Shown here piece after piece: positions 15,160 to 24,474 of a DNA stretch of 32,000 nt. Source of the DNA: an archaeon. Lineage in GTDB: Archaea; Iainarchaeota; Iainarchaeia; Iainarchaeales; CSSED10-239. The stretch spans positions 23,875 to 55,874 of the forward strand of contig DAOOUC010000005.1 of the NCBI GenBank assembly GCA_035390665.1, given 5' to 3'. The translations under genes and the position numbers were made by a program. Each line of letters opens with the position of its first letter. The stretch's first letter is position 1. The notes beneath the pieces are model-generated. The model was not told the DNA's origin, did no database searches, and saw only the letters and a program-made list of their open reading frames with translations.

Positions 15160-16518
15160 GAAATTTTCTCTTGGGAAGAAAAAATCAGTAAAATAGCTTA
15201 AAACCTTTGTGTTCTTTGTGTAAAGTTTAATTATCTCTTGTTCTAAAAATATTTGAGATTTAAGATCGAAATTATTTTGGGAGAAATCTTGAATTAAGTC
15301 TCTAGCATCTGTAAATCTTCTTGCTTTTACACAATACCACCTATCATCTTTAACATATGGACCATAGATTGCTTTGGAATTGTCTATAAACTTTTGAGAG
15401 TTTGTCATATCACTTACATATGGGCCTGTTGTTCTTTCTAATTTTGGTTGAGACAAAGAATCTAACATTAAATAGATATAAGCATATTCGTCTTTTTCTT
15501 CATAATATATATTTGATTTTAAAACAGTAAACTTTTGAGTATCTAGATAGTTATTTAACTTTGTGGATAATTTTCTTAGCTTTGACCAAACAATGTCCTT
15601 TAACATATCTTTTACTTCAAATTCAATTGCAACTAGTGGAACATTATTTACCCAAGTTACTAATTGATGGTATGTTTGTTCTTTTGGATTTTTAGAAAAG
15701 AACTCTGTTGTTGGGTTGTGTAAAAAAGCTCTAGAAGCGGCAATAAATCTAGAAAGTTGTGTTAAACTTACTGCACTTGCCACATTTCTGTTCTTGTCTA
15801 CCGGATCAATTACAACAAAGGCATCATTGAATGGTGCTAAATAATCTATATCTTCTTGATTTAGAACTATTCTAACTGGGGTTTGCCAGTTCCCTACTTT
15901 TTCTATAGTCTTTATGAAATCTCCATAGTAAAGAATTAATAATTCACAAAGATAACCAGAGAAACCTTGATATTGTGGATCTGCTCCATAACAGCCAATA
16001 TACTTTAAGAAATACTTTAATAACCTTATATCGTCTTTTTGAGAATCTTTTAAATTTTTAAGAAGATATTCTAGATGGAAAGGAGTTCTATCAACAGAAG
16101 AAATCATATTTTCTGTGGATTCTATTTTATATGCTGGAACTAAATCAATCTTGTAGCCATCAATTACTCCTCTAACATAAGGATGTTCAGAATATACTTT
16201 TTCAGAAAAATAACCCTTAAAGAAACTTTGACCTAAGTCAAGTGCTTCTCTTGTAAAGTCTTCTTTTTTTAGATCTTTAGGATAAAGTACAAAGATATCA
16301 AAATCCTTTGTTTCTTTTAGATTTGTACCTCTTGCGCTAGAGCCAGCAAGAACTACATCTATATGACTTCCAGGCATTTCTTTTATTTTTTTTATTAATG
16401 CACTTGTAAAGTCTTTTTCTTTTTTTATTTGATCATCTGTTGGTTTAATAACAGTCATTAATTTCTTTTTAGTTTCTTTATAATCATCAATTCTTGTTTT
16501 ATCAATTCCAACATACAT
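15154..16518 (-). CDS. cca: CCA-adding enzyme (archaeal class I tRNA nucleotidyltransferase)
   Basis: VVLAGSSARGTNLKETKDFDIFVLYP is the class I G-S-x-x-R-G-T ... D-x-D nucleotidyltransferase motif. The 454-aa length is typical. An alternative ATG lies 20 codons downstream. Confidence 0.9.
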   Translation of the reverse strand: MYVGIDKTRIDDYKETKKKLMTVIKPTDDQIKKEKDFTSALIKKIKEMPGSHIDVVLAGSSARGTNLKETKDFDIFVLYPKDLKKEDFTREALDLGQSFFKGYFSEKVYSEHPYVRGVIDGYKIDLVPAYKIESTENMISSVDRTPFHLEYLLKNLKDSQKDDIRLLKYFLKYIGCYGADPQYQGFSGYLCELLILYYGDFIKTIEKVGNWQTPVRIVLNQEDIDYLAPFNDAFVVIDPVDKNRNVASAVSLTQLSRFIAASRAFLHNPTTEFFSKNPKEQTYHQLVTWVNNVPLVAIEFEVKDMLKDIVWSKLRKLSTKLNNYLDTQKFTVLKSNIYYEEKDEYAYIYLMLDSLSQPKLERTTGPYVSDMTNSQKFIDNSKAIYGPYVKDDRWYCVKARRFTDARDLIQDFSQNNFDLKSQIFLEQEIIKLYTKNTKVLSYFTDFFFPRENFL

Positions 16519-16653
16519 ATTTTTTCACAACTCTTTTCAAATTAAAAATAGAATATATAACTTGATAACAAAGTTATTATAAACTTAATTTATTTAAAAA
16601 ACAGATTCATTTTATAATAATTATGCCAATTATATTATTTAGGAGAAAAAATT

Positions 16654-17640
16654 ATGTCATTAAAAGAAACAATTATTAGAGAACTTGAAATTCTTAAAAA
16701 AGAATTAACAAAAAAAGATTGCCCTGTAGCTATACAGATTCCTGAAGGACTAAAACAATTTTCTACTTTGATTCTTAAAGAACTTGAAGGGCTTTCTCCT
16801 GCTCTTTTTGTGGATCCTTGCTTTGGGGCTTGTGATCTTAAGGCTACAGAAGCAAAAGCTCTAGGCTATAAAACGCTTTTACATTTCGGACATAAGGAAT
16901 TACCTAGTCTTAAAAAAACAAAAATTAAAACAATCTATGTTCCGCTTGATTATCAATTGGATAAAGAACAAATGGATTTTATTGTTACTGAAATTAAAAA
17001 ACTTAATTACAAGAAAGTAAATATTGTAACTACTGCTCAATATCTTTCTACAATCTCTTTAATTAAAGAAGAACTTAAAACAAACGGAATAGAAACAATA
17101 GAATCAAAAGAAACCAAAAGGTTACAAAAGCATCAGATACTCGGGTGTGATTGCTCAAACATAATAGATAAAATAAATCCAATAATTTTTATCGGAGACG
17201 GATATTTCCATGTTAATAATATAAGTTATATTCACAAGAAACAAGAAATTTACATAATAAATCCATTATCTAAAACCTCTGAGAAAAAGATATATGACGA
17301 ATTACTTTTAAGACAAAGATATGCTGCAATCGCTAAAGCCATAGAATGCAAAAGCTTTGGAATACTTGTAAGCACAAAGATTGGACAAAATAGATTAAAA
17401 CTTGCTTTAAAGATTAAACAGAAATTAGATGAAATAGGAAAAACAACTTACATTTTAATTAGCGACTACATTAACGAGAATTATCTTCTTGGAATTGATG
17501 TAGATTGCTATGTTAATACGGCTTGCCCAAGATTAGTATACGATGATTTTAGAAACTTTAAAAAACCAATAATTAGCGCAACTGAAATTGAGCAGATATT
17601 AGATATAAAAAAAGAAATAAAAATTGATCAAATAAATTAA
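16654..17640 (+). CDS. dph2: diphthamide synthesis protein Dph2 (2-(3-amino-3-carboxypropyl)histidine synthase)
   Basis: VAIQIPEGLKQF, PCFGACDL, LLHFGH, ILGCDCS and the NTACPRL Cys-containing blocks fit archaeal Dph2 of about 330 aa. A GGAG SD lies upstream. Confidence 0.85.
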   Translation: MSLKETIIRELEILKKELTKKDCPVAIQIPEGLKQFSTLILKELEGLSPALFVDPCFGACDLKATEAKALGYKTLLHFGHKELPSLKKTKIKTIYVPLDYQLDKEQMDFIVTEIKKLNYKKVNIVTTAQYLSTISLIKEELKTNGIETIESKETKRLQKHQILGCDCSNIIDKINPIIFIGDGYFHVNNISYIHKKQEIYIINPLSKTSEKKIYDELLLRQRYAAIAKAIECKSFGILVSTKIGQNRLKLALKIKQKLDEIGKTTYILISDYINENYLLGIDVDCYVNTACPRLVYDDFRNFKKPIISATEIEQILDIKKEIKIDQIN

Positions 17641-18380
17641 ATATTTTGATCAACTGTTTTATTTAAATCAGATAAAACTGTTTCTCCTAATTTTTTCTTA
17701 ATCTCTTCTACCTTTGATAAGATCTTTTCCAAATCTGAATATTTAGATTTAAGAATTAAATATGTGGCAGTAATTAATTTTTCGCTATTTTTTGCTTTAA
17801 TTACGATTTTATGCTCTTTAGGATATACAAATACTGCTGATTCTTTTAAATTAGAATTAGGATATTCAATAAATATTTTAGTATTTTCTGATTTTTGATA
17901 ATTTAAACAATCTTCTTTAGATAATATCTCGTTAGTGTAGACATCTCCTTTGTTTGTTGAACAATTAATAAGATTGCCTCTATTGTCTAAATAATTTATT
18001 GTTGTAATAATGGGGATGTTTTTTGCAGGATAAACTGTATTTAATAAAACAATTGTATCTGTAATAACTTCAGTATTATTAGTGTCTTCTTGCTTAAGAT
18101 TTGCAAACACTAAAACATTAGAATCATTTAAGACTAAATTAAGAGAATTTCTAACCCCGAATTCTTTTGAATAAAAATTAATCCCAAGTTCTGATTCTTT
18201 GTATTCAAATCTACTTGTTACATAATAATTATAACTTAGATATGTCAAATATATAACAATTAAACTAATAAAGAAAGCAAGAACAAAAACAGTTAGTTTC
18301 TTATTTGTTTTCTTAATATCTGCTTTTTTAGTTATTTCTCTTACACTTTGCACTTGTGCTGTTGCTAATGCTCTAACCAT
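17637..18380 (-). CDS. hypothetical single-pass membrane protein
   Basis: A basic N-terminal segment is followed by one hydrophobic helix (LTVFVLAFFISLIVIYLTYL) and a domain of about 190 aa of unknown type. It overlaps the upstream Fap7-like gene by 16 nt. Confidence 0.55.
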   Translation of the reverse strand: MVRALATAQVQSVREITKKADIKKTNKKLTVFVLAFFISLIVIYLTYLSYNYYVTSRFEYKESELGINFYSKEFGVRNSLNLVLNDSNVLVFANLKQEDTNNTEVITDTIVLLNTVYPAKNIPIITTINYLDNRGNLINCSTNKGDVYTNEILSKEDCLNYQKSENTKIFIEYPNSNLKESAVFVYPKEHKIVIKAKNSEKLITATYLILKSKYSDLEKILSKVEEIKKKLGETVLSDLNKTVDQNI

Positions 18381-18856
18381 TTTATCTTCACCATTATTTT
18401 TGATAAATTTTCTTTTAAATTATTATCAACCTTTATTATTTTAAATGAAGTGCTTTTTTCTTTTAAAAGCTCAGGAATATAATTAATATCTTGACAAAAA
18501 ATATTCTCTACAATCTTTATCTCTGGATACTTTCTTTTCTTTTGTCTTTCTAATAGTATTTTTTTAGAAGCCTTAAGAATAAAAATGTAATCAAAACTAT
18601 TTAGATTTTCTTTAGAAAGCTCGCTCCATAAGTGCCCTTCATAGATTGCATCTTCTTTTTTATTTTTAAAACAAGTATTAAGTTTTCTTAGATTAACAAC
18701 ATATTCTTTAGAAGAATCTATTTTCTTTTCTTTTCCAAGATTGTTTTTTTTAGCAAATTCCTTATCATTTATAACTTTTAGTTTTAATTTCTTTGCTAAT
18801 TCTTTTGAAATTTCTGACTTTCCTGTTCCTGGAACTCCTGTTATTAAAATATTCAT
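18365..18856 (-). CDS. Fap7/AK6-like NTPase (putative adenylate kinase involved in small-subunit rRNA maturation)
   Basis: P-loop MNILITGVPGTGKS, EGHLWSEL, and ILKASKKILLERQKKRKYPEIKIVENI match the archaeal Fap7 layout. About 160 aa. It starts 2 nt after the aCPSF1 stop. Confidence 0.75.
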   Translation of the reverse strand: MNILITGVPGTGKSEISKELAKKLKLKVINDKEFAKKNNLGKEKKIDSSKEYVVNLRKLNTCFKNKKEDAIYEGHLWSELSKENLNSFDYIFILKASKKILLERQKKRKYPEIKIVENIFCQDINYIPELLKEKSTSFKIIKVDNNLKENLSKIMVKIKWLEH

Positions 18857-18858
18857 AT

Positions 18859-20748
18859 TTATCTTAACCTTATACTTTCTAAGTCTTGAATAGACATTGT
18901 ATTTACATTATATTTTTTAGAAATATATTTTGAAAACTCTTGACAGGAATCTCCGTGATTAATCAATATTGTTTTTGGCATTGGTTTTAGATTATTTAAG
19001 AAATTCAATAATTCTGCTCTATAAGAATGACCACTAAAAGAATCAATAGTTTCTATTCTCATATTAATCTCTAATGTTTTGGTTTTTCCATCTTCCATAA
19101 TTGGCATAGACTTTAAACCTTTTTGTATCTTATATCCTAATGAATTTCTACCTTGATAACCAACAAACACTAAAGAATTATTAGGATCGCTTGCATATTT
19201 ATTAAAATACTTTAATGATGGCCCGCCTGTAAGCATTCCTGAAGAAGCTAAAATTACTGTTCCGGGAGTTATCAATTCTTCTCCATCTTTTGCATCATCG
19301 ACAGTTACAAAAATATCTGAAAGGAACGGAGAATTGTTCTGTAAAACTCTTGTCTTAATATTTTTCTTTAAAAATTCAGGATAAACTGTGTGAATTGCTG
19401 AAGCTTGTCTTGTCATACCATCTACTAAAATCTTTGATACTTTTAGTTTTCCAAGTCTATAATATTCTTCTAAGATAATCATTGCTTCTTGTGCTCTTCC
19501 TACAGAAAAGACCGGAATTAAAGTTATTCCTCCTTTCTCTGTTGTTTCATTAATAACATCAATAAGGTTTGTTTCAGAATGCATTCTTGAAGGAGTTATT
19601 TCTTTACCACCATATGTGCTTTCCATAATCATTGATTCTACTCTTGGATAGTTAATATCCATATTATTGAATAATCTTGTAAAACCAAACTTAAAATCTC
19701 CTGTATAAACAAGATTTTGCTTTCCTTCGCCTATATGTAAATGAACAGAAGCAGAACCTAATATGTGTGCTGCATCGTGAAATGTAAGTCTTATTCCTGG
19801 AGCAATGTCTGTTACTTCTCTGTAGTCTCTTGTAATTGTGTGCTTTAAACACTCTTTAACATGCTCTTCAAGATATAATGGTTCTTTTCCACTCTTTACT
19901 GCAACATCTATCAAATCAAATTGTAAAAGTGCCATTAAATCTCTTGTTGGTTCCGTACAATAAACTGGGCCGTTATATCCTGCCTTAAAAAGATATGGCA
20001 AAAATCCACAGTGATCTACGTGTGCATGACCAATAACAACGGCGTCAAGTTCATCTAATGGAAATCTTAAAACATCAAGATATGGTGCTTCCTCATTCTT
20101 ATCTGCAACATTTAATCCACAATCAAGAAGGATTTTGGTATCTGGTGTCTCTAAAAGAATACAACTTCTTCCAACTTCTCTAAAACCACCAAGAGCTGTT
20201 ACCCTTATCCAATCGTTTGTGCTTACTGGTGGACTATAAATTGTACTTGCAACACTTTTTAAAAAAGTTTTTCTTTCTGCGCTGTTTTTTAATAAAGTTA
20301 ATCTTATTCTTTTTAAGATTTCAGAAGGTTCTATTGGTGCTCTAATAATTTTTGGCACCCATCCTGTTTTTTTAATAATTTCTTTTGAAACCATTCCTTG
20401 TTTACCAATAACAACTCCTGGTTTTATTGCTTCAATTACTACTTCACTAAAAGAACTATCAAAGAAAATACTTTTGATATCTGCATCTTCTGGAATTATT
20501 TCTTTTATTTCTTTAAGTGCTTCAGCTGGATCCATTAAAATATTTTTTTCAGATCTTATATTGATTCTTTTCTTTAAAGTTTCAGCCATTTCTCCAATAA
20601 TTGATTTCTCATCAAAAAAAACTAGTGGTGTGTCTGTGTAAATTCCAATCTCTGGGCCTTCTGCTTCAATCTTAGATACATTTATTCTTTTCTTTGCTAA
20701 AAATTTTTCAATATAGTCTTTTATTTGTTTAAATTGTTCCTGTTCCAT
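18859..20748 (-). CDS. fttA: aCPSF1 / FttA: KH-domain beta-CASP ribonuclease, archaeal transcription termination factor
   Basis: 629 aa. N-terminal KH-like region (VVIGKQGMVSKEI), MBL motif VIGHAHVDHCG, a beta-CASP region and the C-terminal H of INHGD. Confidence 0.95.
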   Translation of the reverse strand: MEQEQFKQIKDYIEKFLAKKRINVSKIEAEGPEIGIYTDTPLVFFDEKSIIGEMAETLKKRINIRSEKNILMDPAEALKEIKEIIPEDADIKSIFFDSSFSEVVIEAIKPGVVIGKQGMVSKEIIKKTGWVPKIIRAPIEPSEILKRIRLTLLKNSAERKTFLKSVASTIYSPPVSTNDWIRVTALGGFREVGRSCILLETPDTKILLDCGLNVADKNEEAPYLDVLRFPLDELDAVVIGHAHVDHCGFLPYLFKAGYNGPVYCTEPTRDLMALLQFDLIDVAVKSGKEPLYLEEHVKECLKHTITRDYREVTDIAPGIRLTFHDAAHILGSASVHLHIGEGKQNLVYTGDFKFGFTRLFNNMDINYPRVESMIMESTYGGKEITPSRMHSETNLIDVINETTEKGGITLIPVFSVGRAQEAMIILEEYYRLGKLKVSKILVDGMTRQASAIHTVYPEFLKKNIKTRVLQNNSPFLSDIFVTVDDAKDGEELITPGTVILASSGMLTGGPSLKYFNKYASDPNNSLVFVGYQGRNSLGYKIQKGLKSMPIMEDGKTKTLEINMRIETIDSFSGHSYRAELLNFLNNLKPMPKTILINHGDSCQEFSKYISKKYNVNTMSIQDLESIRLR

Positions 20749-20770
20749 AATTTTTCCTTATTTTTCTATT

Positions 20771-20807
20771 TTAAAAAAAGATAAAAATACACAAAATGTT
20801 TTTGTGT
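20771..20807 (-). terminator. hairpin plus oligo-U, candidate terminator after psmB (lies in the 74-nt gap before fttA)
   Basis: ACACAAAA-tgt-TTTTGTGT (20789..20807) forms an 8-bp stem. On the minus-strand transcript it is followed by a T-rich run (complement of A7 at 20773..20779). Confidence 0.35.
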
Positions 20808-20822
20808 AAATATACAATTAGT

Positions 20823-21455
20823 TTAATACTTTGCTATTGGAAGTTCTTCTATTTTGTCTTTCTTAATAACAACAATCTTCATTCCTTGTCCGCCTGTGTA
20901 GATGTCTCTTTTCTTTGCAGCAGTTATTGCTTCTTTTGCTAGTTTTATGGCATCATCTGTTGATAATCCTTTCTTGTATTGACTATCAAGAACACTTAAA
21001 GCAAGTTCTGAACCAGAACCAGAGTATGAAAATTCTTTTTCTTCAACAATTCCTCCGGCAATATCAAGATTATACAAAGATAATCCGCCTACTGAACCAG
21101 CTAAAATAAATTGAGTAAAAAATGGAACCATCTTATTAGAGTTTAAGATATTAGACAATAATGTTGCACAAGCTTTTGTATTCATTGGAGTTTTATGCTC
21201 TAATTCAAATAAACTTGCTTGAACTTTTAAAAATCTAACTAAAACTAAGGCATCACCAACTGAACCAGCAATTGTTACTGCTAAATGATCATTTATTTGA
21301 TAGATTTTAGTCATATCATTATTTGATTGCAAATTACCCATAGTTGCTTGCATATCTGCAGCTAATACAATGGAATCCTTTGCAACTATTGCTACAGTTG
21401 TTGTTCCTGTTTTATATGTTTCCAATTTTTCACCTGTTTTATTGTTTTTTCTCAT
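20823..21455 (-). CDS. psmB: proteasome beta subunit
   Basis: Short propeptide, then G|TTTVAIVAKDSIVLAAD (catalytic Thr1). 210 aa. Confidence 0.95.
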   Translation of the reverse strand: MRKNNKTGEKLETYKTGTTTVAIVAKDSIVLAADMQATMGNLQSNNDMTKIYQINDHLAVTIAGSVGDALVLVRFLKVQASLFELEHKTPMNTKACATLLSNILNSNKMVPFFTQFILAGSVGGLSLYNLDIAGGIVEEKEFSYSGSGSELALSVLDSQYKKGLSTDDAIKLAKEAITAAKKRDIYTGGQGMKIVVIKKDKIEELPIAKY

Positions 21456-22125
21456 AATTTTCTGAAAACTTTACATTTGAAAAATTACAAGTTTCAAATA
21501 CTGATTGTATAAAAGTATATTTAATATACTCAATTTCTTTTGGTAATGTCCCTGGAATTACTAACTCTAATTCCTTATCTGAAACATTTAATTTCGTTTT
21601 GCCTTCTGGCATGAAAAAGAAATATTTTGTATAAAGTGCTTGTGCTTTATCCTTATCGTTTGCACAAACTTTCTTTAAAGTTATCTTGTAATCTAAATCT
21701 TTTCCTGAAAATTCATGATTTAAATCCATCTGTACTCTTCCACCAGAGACATTTAGAACTTTAGCTTGTCTGTTTCCAAGATTAATATACATTCCTGGTT
21801 TAGGATCTATGTTTTCTTTTTTAAAATCAGATAATGGTACTAATTGTATTAACTTAGAGTCTCTTTCTCCAAATGCTTTATCTTTTGTTAAAGAAAACTC
21901 TTTTGTTTTTCCTGAATCTAAATCCTTAATATTTTCTTCAACACCTTTTAGTAATTCTCCTTTACCAAAGATAACAACTAATGGTTGATATTTTGTTTTA
22001 GAATTATAGATATTACTTTCCTTTGCAACACTTTCGATTGTTGTGTCAAGTACATCTTTTGTGTTTTTGTCCCTGATTACTAGGTCAATTTCTATTATGT
22101 CGTTATTATTTATCATATATTTCAC
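21439..22125 (-). CDS. FKBP-type peptidyl-prolyl cis-trans isomerase (long archaeal SlyD-like form)
   Basis: VVIFGKGELLKGVEENIKDL, an insert-in-flap-like segment, and VQMDLNHEFSGKDLDYKITLKKV (compare DxNHPLAGKxL). GGAG SD upstream. Confidence 0.85.
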   Translation of the reverse strand: MKYMINNNDIIEIDLVIRDKNTKDVLDTTIESVAKESNIYNSKTKYQPLVVIFGKGELLKGVEENIKDLDSGKTKEFSLTKDKAFGERDSKLIQLVPLSDFKKENIDPKPGMYINLGNRQAKVLNVSGGRVQMDLNHEFSGKDLDYKITLKKVCANDKDKAQALYTKYFFFMPEGKTKLNVSDKELELVIPGTLPKEIEYIKYTFIQSVFETCNFSNVKFSENYEKKQ

Positions 22126-22317
22126 TCCTTTTATAAATAAGAATTAATTTCTAATACTTTTAGATTTCTTAAACCTTTATACATTAAAAAAACCAATTAT
22201 TTTCTTTTAAAAAAACGAATATCAAAATAGTATATATATTTAGTACCAATCCTATTATAAAGCTTATTCTTTGAAGAAAAAAACCAAAATAAAAATGCTT
22301 TGTTTCTATTTTTATTT

Positions 22318-24474
22318 ATGACTACTAAGATTATTGATGTTGTGATTAAGGCAAATAGTTATAATAATCTTAACCCTGTTCAAGAGAAGGCAAGTAAGCA
22401 CTTGGGGGAAAACCTTTTAGTTTGTGCGCCTACTGCTTCTGGAAAAACTACAATATTTGAGATGTTTCTTGTTTATTTTGCCACAAAAAAGAAAAAAATA
22501 ATCTATATCTCTCCACTTAAAGCTTTGACTTTTGAACACTATAATGATATTAAGAAAAAATACAAAGAACTTAATCTTAAAATTGGAATATCAACAGGAG
22601 ATCTTGATAATAGTTCTAAGAATCTTTCAAATTATGATGTTTTGTTTTTAACATTTGAAAAATTCGACTCCGTTATTAGACATGAACCCGAATGGTTAAA
22701 AGAAATTGGAATGGTTTGTGTTGATGAGATACATGAACTTGGAAGCGATAGAGGAACAACACTTGAAGTTTTAATTACTCAACTTAAAGTCAATTATCCT
22801 TCTATTGTTTTTCTAGGACTTTCTGCGACTATTGGAAATGCTGATAGTCTTTCTAGTTGGCTAGGTGCTAAACTTGTAAAAAGCAATTATAGACCAATAC
22901 CACTTGATATCGGTATATCTTATCAAAACACAATTTATTTTGATAGTGGAAAAAAAGAAATTGAAGATATTGGTAAAGAAGAATATCTTGCTTCCTTAAT
23001 TAATGATACTTTAAAAATAAACAAACAAGTAATTGTTTTTTGTAACTCTAGAAATAACACAATGAATTTTTCTTCTAAGTTTAAAGGAATTGTTAAGAAA
23101 TACCTATCCAGTAAAGAACAAGAAGAATTAAGAAATAAAGCAAAAGAAATTGGTTCTGCTCTTGAAACCCCAACAAAACAATGTTTGTCTCTTTATTCTT
23201 CTGTTATTGAAGGCTGTGCTTTCCATCATGCCGGGCTAGTCTATAAACAAAGAGAAATTATTGAAGAAGAGTTTAAGAAAGGAAACTTAAAAGTTATTTT
23301 TGCAACACCGACACTTGCGGCAGGAATTAATCTTCCTGCTTATAGAGTAATTATAACTACAGTTTATAGGTTTTCAAACGGGTCTATGGTATTAATCCCT
23401 GTTAATGAATTCCATCAAATGAGTGGAAGAGCAGGAAGACCAAAATACGATAGTAAAGGCGAAGCAGTAGTTATGGTAAACAAAGAAGGAGACATACAAA
23501 GAGTGTATAACTCTTTTGTTAATGCCCAGGCTACAGACATTGAATCACAACTATCTAAGATTAATAATCTTAGAACGCAATTATTGTCAATAATTTTAAT
23601 TAATAATATCAAAACAATAAAAGAACTACAAAAATATATGTCTAAAACCTTTTACTTTTTTGTGTTTGGAAACGATGAGGCCATTAGAGAAAATATTACT
23701 GAAATTGTAAACGAGTTTAAAGATTTTGGGTTTATTAAAAAAGAAAAAGACAATATAGAATTAACAACACTTGGAAAGAAGGTGTGTCTCTTGTATATTG
23801 ATCCTTTATCTGCAAATAATATTATTAATGATATAAACATTAAAGACAATAAACAAATAACAATGCTTGAAAAACTATTTACTTTGTGTAATACAAGCGA
23901 ATGCCATCCATATCTTACAATAAAAAAAGACAAAGAAGAAAAATTATTTGAAACTTTTGAAAAAATAAAAGAAAATGTGTTCTTTGATTATGAAGACTTA
24001 AACTTAATTGAAAAAGTTGGTCTATCTGAACTTTTCTGTGACTGGCTAGATGAAATGCCTGAAGACAAAATTGTGGAAAAACACAATACCACTCCCGGGC
24101 AACTTCAAGATTTTGTTAATAAGGCAATATGGATTAATCATTGTGTTCTTGAGTTAATAAAAGTTAATAAGAATAATTTTAAACTATATAAAGAATATCT
24201 TGATTTAGAAACACAATTAAAGTATGGGGTTAGAAAAGAATTATTGCCTCTTGTTGAACTAAAAAATATTGGAAGGGTAAGAGCCAGAAAATTATTTGAT
24301 AATGGAATAACTGGAGTTTCTGATATCAAGAAAGAACCAGATAAGTTTATCTCTATTGTTGGGCGTATTGGACTTGAGACTCTTAAAGAACTTAAGATTG
24401 AATATTCTGAAAATCATAAAATTGCTGAACAAAAGAAAAATATAAAAACACAAACTAACATTTTTGATTATTGA
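22318..24474 (+). CDS. hel308: Hel308/Hjm-type Ski2-like DNA helicase
   Basis: Motifs: CAPTASGKT, DEIHEL, LSATIGN, FHHAGL, ATPTLAAGINLPA, QMSGRAGR, and a C-terminal helix-hairpin-helix (LKNIGRVRARKLFDNGI). The track start at 22300 is TTG; the first ATG is at 22318. Confidence 0.9.
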   Translation: MTTKIIDVVIKANSYNNLNPVQEKASKHLGENLLVCAPTASGKTTIFEMFLVYFATKKKKIIYISPLKALTFEHYNDIKKKYKELNLKIGISTGDLDNSSKNLSNYDVLFLTFEKFDSVIRHEPEWLKEIGMVCVDEIHELGSDRGTTLEVLITQLKVNYPSIVFLGLSATIGNADSLSSWLGAKLVKSNYRPIPLDIGISYQNTIYFDSGKKEIEDIGKEEYLASLINDTLKINKQVIVFCNSRNNTMNFSSKFKGIVKKYLSSKEQEELRNKAKEIGSALETPTKQCLSLYSSVIEGCAFHHAGLVYKQREIIEEEFKKGNLKVIFATPTLAAGINLPAYRVIITTVYRFSNGSMVLIPVNEFHQMSGRAGRPKYDSKGEAVVMVNKEGDIQRVYNSFVNAQATDIESQLSKINNLRTQLLSIILINNIKTIKELQKYMSKTFYFFVFGNDEAIRENITEIVNEFKDFGFIKKEKDNIELTTLGKKVCLLYIDPLSANNIINDINIKDNKQITMLEKLFTLCNTSECHPYLTIKKDKEEKLFETFEKIKENVFFDYEDLNLIEKVGLSELFCDWLDEMPEDKIVEKHNTTPGQLQDFVNKAIWINHCVLELIKVNKNNFKLYKEYLDLETQLKYGVRKELLPLVELKNIGRVRARKLFDNGITGVSDIKKEPDKFISIVGRIGLETLKELKIEYSENHKIAEQKKNIKTQTNIFDY

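Noticed and set aside
16557-16577. AT-rich inverted repeats in promoter gaps (ATAACTT-gataaca-AAGTTAT here; CTTATAT-a-ATATAAG at 27554..27568; ATTAATATATTAAT at 30477..30490)
   Set aside because: Short palindromes made almost entirely of A/T are expected by chance in such AT-rich intergenic DNA and overlap probable TATA boxes. They are not distinctive enough to call regulatory sites.
16623-16679. Short upstream ORF (MPIILFRRKNYVIKRNNY) overlapping the dph2 start out of frame
   Set aside because: It is only 18 codons with no SD of its own. The GGAG it spans is better explained as the dph2 ribosome-binding site, and there is no evidence that it is translated.
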